Shown here: positions 40,548 through 52,058 of the stretch, piece by piece | Numbering within the stretch: position 1 is the first letter of the stretch | Layout of the letters: the number at the start of each line of letters is the position of its first letter | Source: Escherichia coli | GTDB lineage: Bacteria > Pseudomonadota > Gammaproteobacteria > Enterobacterales > Enterobacteriaceae | Length of the DNA: 64,000 nucleotides | Assembly (NCBI GenBank): GCA_025544715.1 | Contig: GCA_025544715.1_4109.1 | Strand: one strand, 5' to 3' | Program-made: the position numbers and the translations under genes | The notes under the pieces: generated by a model | Told to the model about the DNA's origin: nothing | Database searches by the model: none | Seen by the model: only the letters and a program-made list of their open reading frames with translations

Positions 40548-43500
40548 ATGTACTCAATAAAAACTGACTTAGATATTACTGGTGCTGGTACGGTTGGTAA
40601 GGATCTTTTAGTCAAAGGAAATGCTGTTTTCAATAATAACCTAACTGTAAATGGTACTGTAACTTTTGCAAATGCAACTTTTACTGCCATTGAATCATCA
40701 ACTGCCAACATTACATCTACTTTAGATGTTGGTGGCAAAGCAACACTTTCTGGTGGTCTTGGTGTTGAGGGTAATACTACAATCGGTAGTGCAGTTGTCG
40801 GGTCTGATACAGCAACAATTAATTCAAACGCTACCTTTAACGGTACTGTATCAGTTGGTTCTGATTTTACACAAACTGCTGGTACAACCACTCTACAAGC
40901 AACTAAAGTTAAAAACTTAGAAGTTGCTGAAACAACAGCATTTAAAGGTAATATTACTGCTGATGTTGGCACTACTGCTGCATTTGATAAAATTACTGCT
41001 AATACCGCAGAAATTACTAATGTAAGTACAACCGATATTAGTAGTACTGGAACTGCTACTTTTAAAGATGTAACCATTAGTGGTACATTAGGTGGTCAGT
41101 TTAATCTTTCTGACTTAAATGCAGTAACATTGAACGTTTCTGGTGCATCTAACCAACAAGGTGCAGTAACTTTCGGTGCTAACGTAACTGGTATTAACAG
41201 TACTGCTACTTTTAAAGACATTCGTATTGGTTCTAACTCTGAATCACAAACCTTCAGATTAAGCTTCCCTTACACTGCTCCTGGTAAACGCCCAACTGTT
41301 ATTCTACAAAACGAAATTCAGTCCGAGCTAATGTCACCTGCAAACTTGACAGTATTGACCTCTGCTTCTTTTGGTAATGCGTCATTATCTTCTTATGGTA
41401 TTACTGGTAATGGTCTAAACAAATTGGATTATCTAACAGTTTCTGGTAACAACACACAATCTCCAGACACACCACTATTAGAAGTTCAAAAAGGCAAAAC
41501 CAAAGTTGCTGACTTTGAAGTAACCGGAACTGCAACTATTCCAAATATTGAAAGTACTGGGACTGCTAATTTTAATAACATTAATGTTTCTGGTCTTCTT
41601 GGTGGATCATTCCAACTAGACGATATTAATGCAGTATCATTGAACGTTACTGGTGCAACTTCATTAGTTGGTGGTGTTACTCTTGGTTCTAATATTACTG
41701 GTTATAACAGTACTGCATCCTTTAAATCTATCAGCTTAGGCCAAAATAGTCAAGATGCGGCAGTGAAACTAGGTTTTGGATATACTGCACCTGGTCAACG
41801 TCCAACAGTTATTCTACCTAACGAAGTTCAATCAGAAGTCGTTTCTCCTTCTACATTGAACGTTCTTAAAACAGCAACTTTCGGTAACGCTTCGCTTTCC
41901 ACTTATGGTATTACTGGTAACGGTCTAAACAAACTAGATTATCTAACTATTACTGGTAACGAAACACAAGCTCCAGGTACACCATTCCTACAAGTTGGTG
42001 GTAAAGCAATTCTTAATGATGTTGATTTTACTGGTACAGTAACTGGACTAACTGTTGATGTTAGTGGTCAGGATCTAACACCTAATTCTGTTGTCGCGGC
42101 AGCAAATATTAAAGGTGCAACACTTGAAAGTACTGGTAACACTACTGTGGGTGCTAAACTAACTGTTACTGGTGATATTGCTGGTACAACTGCAACTCTT
42201 TCTGGTGCATTATCTGCTGGTTCAGTAAGTTCTGGTACTATTACTGGTACAACTTCAGTTTCAGCACCAACAATTAGTGCATCTACTGAAGTAACTGCTC
42301 CTACTATCACTGCTAGTGGAACTTTAAGTGGTCAAACCATTAACGGAACTAATATTAGTGCAACAACTCTTACTGCACCAACTATTAGTGGTAATACAAA
42401 CTTTACAGAAAATGTTGATATTACTGGAAATCTAACAGTTACTGGTACAGTAACCCCAGGTACAATTGATTTGAGTACTACTGATGTTAGTGCTAAATCA
42501 ATCACTACTACCGCTGGTGCAAATATTGGTGGCGATCTTGTGGTTCAAGGTTCTTTTGATTTATCAGCAGCAGACATTAACGTTAAATCACTAACTTCTT
42601 CTGGTATTGTTAAAAGTAATGACCTTGTTAATGCTAACGTACTTCCAGTACTTAATAGTACAACAGTCACATCAACAACTGTTAATGCTGATGATATAAC
42701 TGTTACTGGTTCTGCAACTCTTGGAACTGTATATGCAAGTACATCTGTTCTAGTTGGGTCAACTTTAACTGTAACTGGTGAAACTACAACTGCATCTTTG
42801 GTTACCCCAACCATTTCAAATGCAAGTGGTGTCACTATTTCCAATAATACAAATGTAACTGGTGATCTAACCGTTACTGGTGCAGTTATTCCAGGCTCTA
42901 TCGATCTAGCAACAACTGATGTAAGTGCGAAATCTATTACTACTACTGCTGGTGCGACTATTGGTGGTAACCTAACTGTTAATGGTACAGTAGATCTTAC
43001 TACTGCTGATGTTACTGTCAAATCTTTAACTAGTACTGGTGCAATTGTTAGTAATGAATCCACAATTAGTAGTGTTCTACCTAAACTTCAAAGTACTGAT
43101 GCAACTATTGCAACCCTTGGTTCAACAACTGCAAATATTACTAATTTGAATGTTACTGGTGCATCTACCGTAGCTGACGTAACTTCTTCAGGTAAAGTTA
43201 AAGCAGTTTCTGTAGAAACCCCAACAATTAGTAACGTTGATGGTGTATCTATTTCCAATAATACATCTATTACTGGTGACCTAACAGTTTCTGGTACAGT
43301 AACCCCAGGTGCGATTGATTTGAGCACAACTGATGTAAGTGCGAAATCTATTACTACTACCGCTGGTGCAAATATTGGTGGTGATCTTGTTGTTTCTGGT
43401 ACAGTTGATTTAAGTGGTGCTGATGTATCTGTTAAATCTCTAACAAGTACTGGTATTATTACAGTTAGTAGTGCAGAAGGTATTAACGTTCTACCTAAAG

Positions 43501-46500
43501 TTCAAAGTACTGAAGTTACAGTGTCTGCTCTAAATGCAACAAATGCAGTAGTTTCTGGTGATGTTTCAGCAGCAACAGCTTCAATCTCAGGTGCAATTAC
43601 TGGTGGTTCAGCAACACTATCTGGTGCTGGAACTGCTCTAAATGTAACTAATAATGCAACTGTCGGTGGTACACTTACTGTTGGTTCTATTACTTCAGCG
43701 GCAGAAAATGTATCCATTACTAAAAATACCGCTGTCACTGGTAATTTAGCAGTATCTGGAACTCTAACTGCTGGTGTTATTGATTTGAGCACAACTGATG
43801 TTTCTGTGAAAACTTTAACTTCTCTTGGTGACGCAACAGTTCGTGGTAACTTAACTGTTGATGGTTCTATTGACCTAAGTTCCGCAAACATCGTTGGTGT
43901 AACACTAGAAAGTACTGGCTCCACTACCGTAGGTACTGATTTGATACTAACTACTGGTAACATTACAGGTAGTCCATCTATTTCTGGTAACTTAGGTGTA
44001 ACTGGAACTACAACTTTAACTGGTGCAACAACAGTTTCAAACACATTGAATACTGCTGGTAAACTAACAGTTAATGCTGGGGGAATTCAGGTTGTTGCAG
44101 GTGATATACAAGTTGATTCTGGAACTATTAATGCTCCTAGTGCTAATATTTCTGGTAGTTCAACACTTAATAGTGCTACTGTAACCACTACACTCGGTGT
44201 TACTGGGGCAGCAAGTATGAATGGTGGTTTAACTGCTTCTACTTTGGATGTAACAGGTGATAGTACAGTACAAAAACTAACTGTTAAAGGTGTATTTGTT
44301 CCTGAAGGTGGTTTGGACCTTTCCGGTGCTGATCTTAACGTGAATAGCGTAACTGCTGCAACCACATTAAGTGTTACTGGTGCTAGTACTCTGACTGGTG
44401 GTGTTTCCACTTCAACAGTATCTGCATCCGGTAAGGTAACCGCACAAGAACTAAGTACTGGTACATTGGATGTAACCACAAATGGAACTGTTGGTGGAAC
44501 TTTAGGTGTAACTGGTAAAGCAACTGTTGGCTCACTAGATTCAGGTGCAATATCTGCTACATCTGGTACATTTAGTACTACACTGGATGTAACTGGAGCA
44601 GCAACATTTGGTAATAATGTTAATATTACTGGCACATTAACACCAGGTGCATTGGATTTAACTAGTACTGATGTAGTTGCTAACAGTCTTTCTGTTGCAT
44701 CAACCCTACATTCAGATGGCAATGCAACAATTGGTGGTACATTAGGTGTAACTAGTGCAGTAACTGCTCCATCAATCGCTCTTAATGGTGAAGGTACTGC
44801 GTTGGCAGTTACTAATAACGCAACCATTGGTGGTACATTAGGCGTAACTGGTAAAGCAACTGTTGGATCACTAGATACAGGTGCAATCTCTGCAACATCT
44901 GGTACATTTAGTACTACATTAGATGTGACTGGTGCAGCAACCTTTGGTAATAATGTTAATATTACTGGCACATTAACACCAGGTGCATTGGATTTAACTN
45001 NNNNNNNNNNNNNNNNNNNNNNNNNNNNNNNNNNNNNNNNNNNNNNNNNNNNNNNNNNNNNNNNNNNNNNNNNNNNNNNNNNNNNNNNNNNNNNNAACTA
45101 GTACTGATGTAGTTGCTAACAGTCTTTCTGTAGCTACAACTCTACATTCAAATGGTAACGCAACCATTGGTGGAACATTAGGCGTAACTGGTGCAGTAAC
45201 TGCTCCATCAATCGCTCTTAATGGTGAAGGTACTGCATTAGCAGTTACTAATGACACAACGATTGGTGGTACATTAGGCGTAACTGGTGCTACAACTTTA
45301 GGTTCTCTAACAACCTCTGGTGCAGTTAAAACTGGTGCTAATGTTATTATCGGTACTAAAATTGGTGAACAACCAGAGACAGTTCAGATTTTCCCTAATA
45401 CTTACATTGCAGGCTCCTTGCGTGTAGATGGTGGTATCAACGCTGATATTGACGTTAGTGGTCAAACAATTGAACCTTATGCAGTTGTTGCGGCTGACAC
45501 TATTAGTGCAGCGGGTAATATTACTTCTGGTGCAGAGTTGATTTCCAAATCAGCAACTATTGGTGATGTTGGTTCACAAAACAACAACTTAACAATCAAT
45601 GGTAACGTAGTTAACAACGGTAACTTTACAGTAACTGGTCTACTAAACGCAACACTAAACCAAGCAAACTCTGACGTGGCTGTTAAATCATTAACTGCAA
45701 CCAACAGTGTTGCTGCTGGTACTAGTATTACCGCAGGTACAAGTATTACTGCAACTGGTCTACTAAAAGGGAACACCCTTGAAGTAACTACTACTGGTTC
45801 ATTTGGTGGTGCAGTAACAATGTCAAGTGGTGCTAACATTACTGGAACCGTTGGAATTACTTCTGGTAACCTAACTGTTGGTGGTGATATTTCTGCAACA
45901 GGTACTGCAACCCTAGCAGCAACTTCAGTAACTACCATTACTACTTCTGGTGCAGCAACACTTGCTAGTGCATCTGTTACTGGAGCAGCAACAATCGGTG
46001 GTACTTTAACTGTTACTGGTTTAATGACTGCAAATGGTAGTGTTGTTTTAGGTGACGCTGCTGCTGATACATTAACTGTCAATGCAACATCTTCTTTCAA
46101 AGAAAATGCAGTATTTGATAAAGATGTAACTGTAACTGGTCAATTAACAACTACTAATGCTGACCTAACTACTACAACAGTAACTACTAAAAAATATGAT
46201 GTTATTCCTAATCAAGTAACTTCTTCTGTTATCGCACCAACTGGTACTTGGACCCCAGACGGTACTAGCAACGTATACTTTATCACTCTAGATCAAGATA
46301 CCACTCTAGCACCAATCACTGGTCTAATCGGTGGTGGTAAAGCATCTTCAGTATACATTTATGTGAAACAAGATGCAACAGGTAATAGAAACTTTACTAC
46401 TGATGGTACTTATGCGGTTGTTGATGGCACACTGAACAAAACTGCAAACTCTGTAACTATCTACCAAGTCATTTATGACGGTGTGAGTCCAGTAACAGAT

Positions 46501-46527
46501 ATGTTTATTGCACAACGTACTGCTTAA
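40548..46527 (+). CDS. Very large repetitive fibrous protein (long tail fibre-like), interrupted by an assembly gap
   Basis: Thr/Gly/Val-rich beta-type repeats of several periods; the frame before the gap (40548..44999) and after it (45096..46527) encode the same repeat family, so the two track ORFs 40548..45101 and 45418..46527 are one gene; GGAGGG RBS. Confidence 0.75.
44508..45290 (+). repeat. Near-identical 336-bp (112-aa) in-frame tandem repeats inside the fibre gene
   Basis: Unit GVTGKATVGSLD(S/T)GAISATSGTFSTTLDVTGAATFGNNVNITGTLTPGALDLTSTDVVANSLSVA... recurs at 44508 and 44844 and resumes after the N-run. Confidence 0.8.
45000..45095. other. Assembly gap (96 N)
   Basis: Run of N; falls exactly inside the 336-bp tandem repeat, so copy number and true gene length are unknown. 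Confidence 0.95.
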
Positions 46528-46591
46528 TAATTATAATAATAAAGGTGTCACTCATTTTGGGTGACACCATCATAACAAGTGAGGTAGTTAT

Positions 46592-47371
46592 ATGTTCACA
46601 TATGTGAAAGGAAATTCAAAAGAAAATTATGAATTGGGAAACATTATTTCCAATCCAATTGGTGTAAAAGGACTCAAAGAACGTCCTGGTGCAACACCAG
46701 AAGATCCACAAACCTATCGTTATCTTTATAGTGATATTAGAACTCTTTATGGTATTTCAAGTAAAGATGGTTCACCAGTAGAACCAAATGATGCTGTTAG
46801 AAAAGAAGAAGGTTTTTGGTGGTTAGTGTATAAAAATGTTGGAAATGTTAATGCTATTGAACAACCGTTGGAGTTTATTAAATTAAAAGATGAAAATCAA
46901 CCTATTGTTGAATTTTTTGAAGATGCCACAGAAGAATATAAAGCACTAACTGTTCTTAAAACATATCATTATATTGATATACCAATAGCAGATGTTAAAG
47001 CTGATTTAAAAGCAAGAACTATTTCAGAACGTACAAATCGTATGAATTCTGGTTATATGTTCAATGGTCATCGTTACAGTACTGATATGTCTGGTCGTCA
47101 AATGCTTCTTAATTATTATACACAAGTCACTTCAGGTTCTGAAAGTGTTTCTATTTTTCTTGATGACGCAATTGTAAAATTATCTGCTGCTGAAATGACA
47201 CAACTATACACTGAAGCCTTTGCTATGATTGAGCAATTGTTTACAGAATGTGACAATCAGTGTGCTGCAATTGACGCAGTTGATGATTTAGATCCTGATG
47301 CAATTTATAAGGCACAACAAGCTGCAACTTGGGTATATGAAGGTGTTGATATTCCTGAACGTATACGTTAA
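46592..47371 (+). CDS. Hypothetical protein, possibly tail fibre assembly or chaperone (by position)
   Basis: 259-aa ORF between two fibre genes, preceded by a GGTGTCAC...GTGACACC hairpin; no motif recognised. Confidence 0.55.
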   Translation: MFTYVKGNSKENYELGNIISNPIGVKGLKERPGATPEDPQTYRYLYSDIRTLYGISSKDGSPVEPNDAVRKEEGFWWLVYKNVGNVNAIEQPLEFIKLKDENQPIVEFFEDATEEYKALTVLKTYHYIDIPIADVKADLKARTISERTNRMNSGYMFNGHRYSTDMSGRQMLLNYYTQVTSGSESVSIFLDDAIVKLSAAEMTQLYTEAFAMIEQLFTECDNQCAAIDAVDDLDPDAIYKAQQAATWVYEGVDIPERIR

Positions 47372-47381
47372 TTAATAATAA

Positions 47382-47410
47382 AGGTCAACTATGGTTGGCC
47401 TTTATTTGTT
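47382..47410 (+). terminator. Rho-independent terminator
   Basis: AGGTCAAC-tatg-GTTGGCCT followed by TTATTTGTTT; near-identical in sequence to the terminator at 49053. Confidence 0.6.
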
Positions 47411-47428
47411 TCAATATAAGGAAAATAT

Positions 47429-49042
47429 ATGTATAATATAAGAACAGATATTATTGTAAATGGTGATATCAGCTATGACGGTGATCTAATAGGTAAGATT
47501 CCAGTACCTGATATTAGTTCTAAAAATAAAAATATTTTAATTCATGAAAGTGATGGTTTATATGTTCCAGATAACACTATTAACTATCAAGGTGGTACTG
47601 GTATATCAATATCCTCTAATTTAATATCTACAAAAATCAGTTCAACTGAAGGTAATATCCTTAGTAATGATTCTAACGGGTTGTATGTTCCTGATAATAC
47701 GGCAAGCTACATAGCTGGAAATGGTATCAATGTTAATACAAATGTTATATCTGCTAAAGTGAGTTTAAATTCTGGAAACATTCTGATTTCTGATACTAAT
47801 GGTCTGTATGTTCCTAATACATCAATTGTGTATTCTGAGGGAACTGGTGTAGAAATAAGTAATAATACTATTTCAGCTAAAATAAGTACATCTCCTAATA
47901 ACATAGTTACTATTGCAGAAGGTGGTTTATATGTCCCTGATAATACAGTAACATATACAGGTAGTGACAGTATTAAAATAGATAATAATATTATATCATC
48001 AAAAGTAAGCACATCTTTAGGAAATATCCTTACAACTGATAGTACGGGTCTATTCGTACCTGATAATTCGATAACGTACAATGCGGGTAATGGGATTGTA
48101 ATTAGTGATGAAGTGATTAGTGTTGAGGTTGACCCTACGCCAGAAAATATATTATCTTCTACTAGCAATGGTTTATTTGTTCCTAACAATACTGTAACTT
48201 ATAATGCTGGCAACGGAATTTCAATTAACTCTGATATAATAAGTGCTAAAATTAGTTCTACTTCTGGTAATATACTATCTACTGACAGTACTGGATTGTT
48301 TGTGCCTAATACAAGAATAAATTACGTTGGTGGTACTGGTATATCAATTAGTTCAGAAACAATTTCAACCAAAATAAGCACAACACCAGGAAATACTTTA
48401 ACAACTGACGTAAATGGGTTATATGTACCGACTGGTCCATCCTCATATACTGCTGGAAATGGTATAACTATTGACAGTAATGTTATTTCGTCTAAAATAA
48501 GTAATACCTCTGGTAATATATTAACATCAGATAGTTCTGGATTATTTGTTAATGGTAATAATACTACTAACCTAGTTCGTAGAAAAAGAGAATTATATTA
48601 TTCAAACTTAAATATACAATTCACAGATGGAATTGAACAGAATTTAATTCAAATACTTAAATCATTGACCCCCACTAGTGGAACACTAGATAGTTTCTTC
48701 AATACAACAAGTAATAAGCTAAATGTTTATAATTTCAATTCATCTCTAAATTTCAAATTAAATATATACGGTACATGGACTACTAGTTCATCTAATATGA
48801 GTTTTGCTATTAATTTTACAAATACTCAATTTAATAATATTAACCAAGTTAGAACACCAACAATCACAGTTGATACTATTTCATTTAATACATTTTTAAG
48901 TGTTGATGAAAATGGTAACCTAGTAACTAATGGAACACCTATTACGTTAATGTCACATGGTGGCAAGTTTACAGTCACTAATTTATTATTAATTGCTGAG
49001 CAAATCGTTCCACCTTCAATGAGTGGGGTTTCTGTAGTGTAA
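47429..49042 (+). CDS. Tail fibre protein with about nine 41-aa tandem repeats and a distinct C-terminal domain
   Basis: Repeat unit GLYVPDNT-x-Y-x-G-x-GI-x-I...IS-x-KIS...GNIL; N-terminus MYNIRTDI resembles that of the 40548 fibre (MYSIKTDL). Confidence 0.75.
   Translation: MYNIRTDIIVNGDISYDGDLIGKIPVPDISSKNKNILIHESDGLYVPDNTINYQGGTGISISSNLISTKISSTEGNILSNDSNGLYVPDNTASYIAGNGINVNTNVISAKVSLNSGNILISDTNGLYVPNTSIVYSEGTGVEISNNTISAKISTSPNNIVTIAEGGLYVPDNTVTYTGSDSIKIDNNIISSKVSTSLGNILTTDSTGLFVPDNSITYNAGNGIVISDEVISVEVDPTPENILSSTSNGLFVPNNTVTYNAGNGISINSDIISAKISSTSGNILSTDSTGLFVPNTRINYVGGTGISISSETISTKISTTPGNTLTTDVNGLYVPTGPSSYTAGNGITIDSNVISSKISNTSGNILTSDSSGLFVNGNNTTNLVRRKRELYYSNLNIQFTDGIEQNLIQILKSLTPTSGTLDSFFNTTSNKLNVYNFNSSLNFKLNIYGTWTTSSSNMSFAINFTNTQFNNINQVRTPTITVDTISFNTFLSVDENGNLVTNGTPITLMSHGGKFTVTNLLLIAEQIVPPSMSGVSVV
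47549..48560 (+). repeat. In-frame 123-bp (41-aa) tandem repeat array in fibre gene
   Basis: Repeated GLYVP/GLFVP-containing units seen in translation. Confidence 0.6.
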
Positions 49043-49052
49043 TAACATATTA

Positions 49053-49082
49053 AGGTCAAGCCTATGCTTGGCCTTTTCTTTT
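49053..49082 (+). terminator. Rho-independent terminator
   Basis: AGGTCAAGC-ctat-GCTTGGCCT followed by TTTTCTTTT. Confidence 0.6.
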
Positions 49083-49129
49083 AACTAAAATAAATACATC
49101 ATATAAATCTATTCTGAGGAAATATTTAA

Positions 49130-51094
49130 ATGAGTATAAATCGAATTAGAGGTGATGGTGGTGTAATTATCGATAGTAAATCTTTTTTAGAGTTACCGAA
49201 AGCACCATCAAAAGAAACCGCTGATGTAATAAGATCAGGGATGATTAGATACAATAAGGAATGGAAATCATTTGAAGGTGTTCTGGATTTTGAAGATGGT
49301 ACTATGGCATATCGCCGCTTTGCAAACTTAGATGCAAATGGTAAACTTCTTACTTCCCAATTACCAGATTCAGTAACTAGTGGTTTACAGTTTGTTGGTA
49401 CATACAATCCTATCCCAGATGATATTGATCCACCTTTAGCACAAACACCACTACCAGCACCAGCAGCATCACTAAATGGTGATTATTATGTTGTTCGTGG
49501 TATTATGGATGCAGCACAAGCACACTTTGAAGCAAATAACCCACAAACAAGTCCGGTTACATTTACACCTACGAACCCAACTGGTCAAGGTAATTGGATT
49601 GAAATTTTATATTATATTGACTCCAATCCAAATATATCTGGTGCTAAACTTGTAACATACGCTTTTGCAAGAATTATTACTGCATCTATTCCTAGTACTG
49701 GTCATGAAGGTCTTGAAAATTTAGCAACTGATGCTGACTTAACTAAACCATTTGCTTCTGGCGTTCCAATGAACCAGACCGCACTATCAGATGGTGATTG
49801 GATCATTATAACTGAAGATAAAAACATACGTCTACGCCAGTCAAGAACAAGCATTTCTGCTGCTTCTGTATTATATGACAATACAGTAATGATTGCAAAC
49901 CATCGTCAATTTAGAACGAACGCAGGAACCGTACAAACATCCATAGATAACGTTGTGATTGAATGTTTGCGTAGAACTGGCGATTCCATGTATAATGATG
50001 GAACAAGCGGCTCAGGGCGTTTTGGTGTGGTCTATGGTAGTGCAGCAGCACCAGCATTGACATTTAATAACAATCCATTTGATCCAACCAATAACCCAGG
50101 TAATGATCCTACCAAATGGTCAGACGCTAATACTGGTATATTTCATCCAGCAGATGATGCAATTGGTTTCAGTACTGCTGGAACTGAACGTATTAGAATT
50201 AATAATTCAACATTAACATTATACCAAACAACTTCAACCCCAGCATCAACCCCAGTACTAAGATTTGATAATGCAACCAATACTAATGTTGGACTAAGTG
50301 CTAGTAGTAATATTATTTCATTTAGTTCAATGAATAAAGTACAAGTTGAATTTAAAAATGGTGAAAGTGCGTTTCATGGTAATATTGTGGTTGATGGTAC
50401 AAGCACATTGACTGGTGATACATCAGCTAGTAATATCACTGCTAGTGGTAATTTGAACATTCAAGGTAATACCATATTAGGCGATGCTGCATCAGATACA
50501 ATTACAGTTAATGGAGTTAGTACGTTTACAGCAAACACCAATTTCAATGGAACAACTAATAAATTTAAAAATATAAATCTATTAGCTAATGGTATAATTA
50601 CATTAGAAAGTACTACTAACCAAAGTACAATCCAATTAGTTAGTTCTGATTTAAAACTATCAATGGGTAATTATGCTGATGTAAGTATCTATGATAATGG
50701 AACTATAAGAGCACGTTTTAATAGATATGGTATCCAATTACCAGTACTAGCTACTATTGATAACTCTGTTGGCGTTGATGGTATGATTGCATACTCCAAT
50801 ACCGAGCGTACTTCAATGCAAAAAGTTCAAGGTCAATGGGTTCCAATTGGTTCAGGTTCAGTGAGAACCGATGCTTTTACCATTTCATCTTGGGTATTAA
50901 GTGGTAACTACTACACCCTTACTGTAACAGCCTCAAACATCGTCACAGCAGAGATACAGGAACAGGTTAGTCCTGGTGTCTATACTCGTGTTGAGGTCGA
51001 TAGCGTTACGTTTAACGGCACTAACGTAGTGTTTAGTATACCTTCAACTCCTGATGTACGTTTCGACGGAAGAACATTGGTAACAATTAGATAA
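49130..51094 (+). CDS. Tail fibre protein (IRYN-type N-terminus)
   Basis: GMIRYNKEWKSFEGVLDFEDG matches the recalled fibre N-terminal signature (IRYN...FEG); late-like TATAAATC/AATAAATA boxes upstream. Confidence 0.7.
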   Translation: MSINRIRGDGGVIIDSKSFLELPKAPSKETADVIRSGMIRYNKEWKSFEGVLDFEDGTMAYRRFANLDANGKLLTSQLPDSVTSGLQFVGTYNPIPDDIDPPLAQTPLPAPAASLNGDYYVVRGIMDAAQAHFEANNPQTSPVTFTPTNPTGQGNWIEILYYIDSNPNISGAKLVTYAFARIITASIPSTGHEGLENLATDADLTKPFASGVPMNQTALSDGDWIIITEDKNIRLRQSRTSISAASVLYDNTVMIANHRQFRTNAGTVQTSIDNVVIECLRRTGDSMYNDGTSGSGRFGVVYGSAAAPALTFNNNPFDPTNNPGNDPTKWSDANTGIFHPADDAIGFSTAGTERIRINNSTLTLYQTTSTPASTPVLRFDNATNTNVGLSASSNIISFSSMNKVQVEFKNGESAFHGNIVVDGTSTLTGDTSASNITASGNLNIQGNTILGDAASDTITVNGVSTFTANTNFNGTTNKFKNINLLANGIITLESTTNQSTIQLVSSDLKLSMGNYADVSIYDNGTIRARFNRYGIQLPVLATIDNSVGVDGMIAYSNTERTSMQKVQGQWVPIGSGSVRTDAFTISSWVLSGNYYTLTVTASNIVTAEIQEQVSPGVYTRVEVDSVTFNGTNVVFSIPSTPDVRFDGRTLVTIR

Positions 51095-51125
51095 TAAAAA
51101 AGGGAGAACATTAGTTCTCCCTTTT
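51095..51125. terminator. Bidirectional rho-independent terminator
   Basis: A-run, GGGAGAAC-atta-GTTCTCCC, TTTT; between convergent stops of the fibre gene and thyA. Confidence 0.7.
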
Positions 51126-51128
51126 CGT

Positions 51129-52058
51129 TTATACAGCCATAGGTGCTTTAATTGTTGGCATTGGGTTGTAATTCACTAATTTGAAAGAATCCATTGTGAA
51201 ATCTTCAATATTAGTAATTGTAGGATCAAGCCACAATTCAGGTAATTCACGAGGTTTTCGCTGTAGTTGTTCTTTTACTTGTTCAACGTGGTTTTTATAA
51301 ATGTGACAATCACCACCATTCCAAATAAATTCACCAACATCTAAACCAGTAATTTGTGCAATCATATGAGTTAGTAGTGAGTAACTACTGATATTAAATG
51401 GAACTCCCAAAAATAGATCAGCGGAGCGTTGATGTAGAATGCAGCTTAGTTTCCCTTGTACTACACAAAATTGCACAAAGCTATGACAAGGTGGCAACGT
51501 CATATCATCAAGCTCACCAACGTTCCAGGCACTTAGAATGTGGCGACGACCATATGGATCGGAATGTATACCTTTGATTAGTTCTTGTAATTGGTCAGTT
51601 GTACGTTTCATAACAACACCATGTGAACCAGTATAATCGATAACTTTGTATCCTTTATCTTTTAATTCTTGAATTTCTTCAGTACTGGAACTAAATTTAT
51701 AATCTTCCCATTCACGCCATTGCTTACCATACACTGGACCCAATTCACCATCAGTATAACCAAGAGCAACGCCTTGATTTAGGTAATTATCTGTCCAAAT
51801 TGTTTTCTTTTCAGTATCACGAGTTCCATGCAAAATTTCACAAAGGCGACGCTCATCATGGGAACCTTCAATAAACCATAGTAATTCTGAAGTCATTGCT
51901 TTCCAAGCTAGACGTTTTGTCGTCACTGCTGGGAAACCATCGTTAAGGTCGAAACGCATTTGTTGACCGATAAGTTTGATTGTCCCAACACCAGTACGGT
52001 CAACGCTTTCTACGCCTTCATCTAGAATTTTTTGATATAGTTCTTGTAGTTGTTTCAT
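51129..52058 (-). CDS. thyA: Thymidylate synthase, ThyA type (T4 td-like); a dUMP hydroxymethylase is not excluded
   Basis: LPPCHSFVQF (catalytic Cys), RSADLFLGVPFNISSY (Asn predicts dUMP specificity), GDCHIYKNH; uninterrupted 309-aa ORF, no intron. Confidence 0.9.
   Translation of the reverse strand: MKQLQELYQKILDEGVESVDRTGVGTIKLIGQQMRFDLNDGFPAVTTKRLAWKAMTSELLWFIEGSHDERRLCEILHGTRDTEKKTIWTDNYLNQGVALGYTDGELGPVYGKQWREWEDYKFSSSTEEIQELKDKGYKVIDYTGSHGVVMKRTTDQLQELIKGIHSDPYGRRHILSAWNVGELDDMTLPPCHSFVQFCVVQGKLSCILHQRSADLFLGVPFNISSYSLLTHMIAQITGLDVGEFIWNGGDCHIYKNHVEQVKEQLQRKPRELPELWLDPTITNIEDFTMDSFKLVNYNPMPTIKAPMAV

Noticed and set aside
45000-45095. N-run as a biological feature
   Set aside because: It is an assembly gap of arbitrary length, not sequence.
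44508-45290. Tandem repeats considered as a possible CRISPR array
   Set aside because: Units are 336 bp, in-frame and coding, with no short unique spacers; they are protein repeats.
40478-46100. Many minus-strand track ORFs inside the fibre genes (e.g. 40478..41077, 42545..43063, 43502..44044, 44087..44971, 45477..46100)
   Set aside because: The sense strand is dominated by Thr/Gly/Val/Ala codons whose antisense rarely yields stops; these are shadow ORFs of the repetitive fibre gene.
46543-46567. Hairpin GGTGTCAC...GTGACACC as an intrinsic terminator
   Set aside because: No downstream U-run on the plus strand and no minus-strand gene to terminate; more likely an RNA stability or processing hairpin.
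51129-52058. Group I intron in thyA, as in T4 td
   Set aside because: The ThyA ORF is continuous with all conserved motifs in one frame; the extra length is an in-frame insertion.
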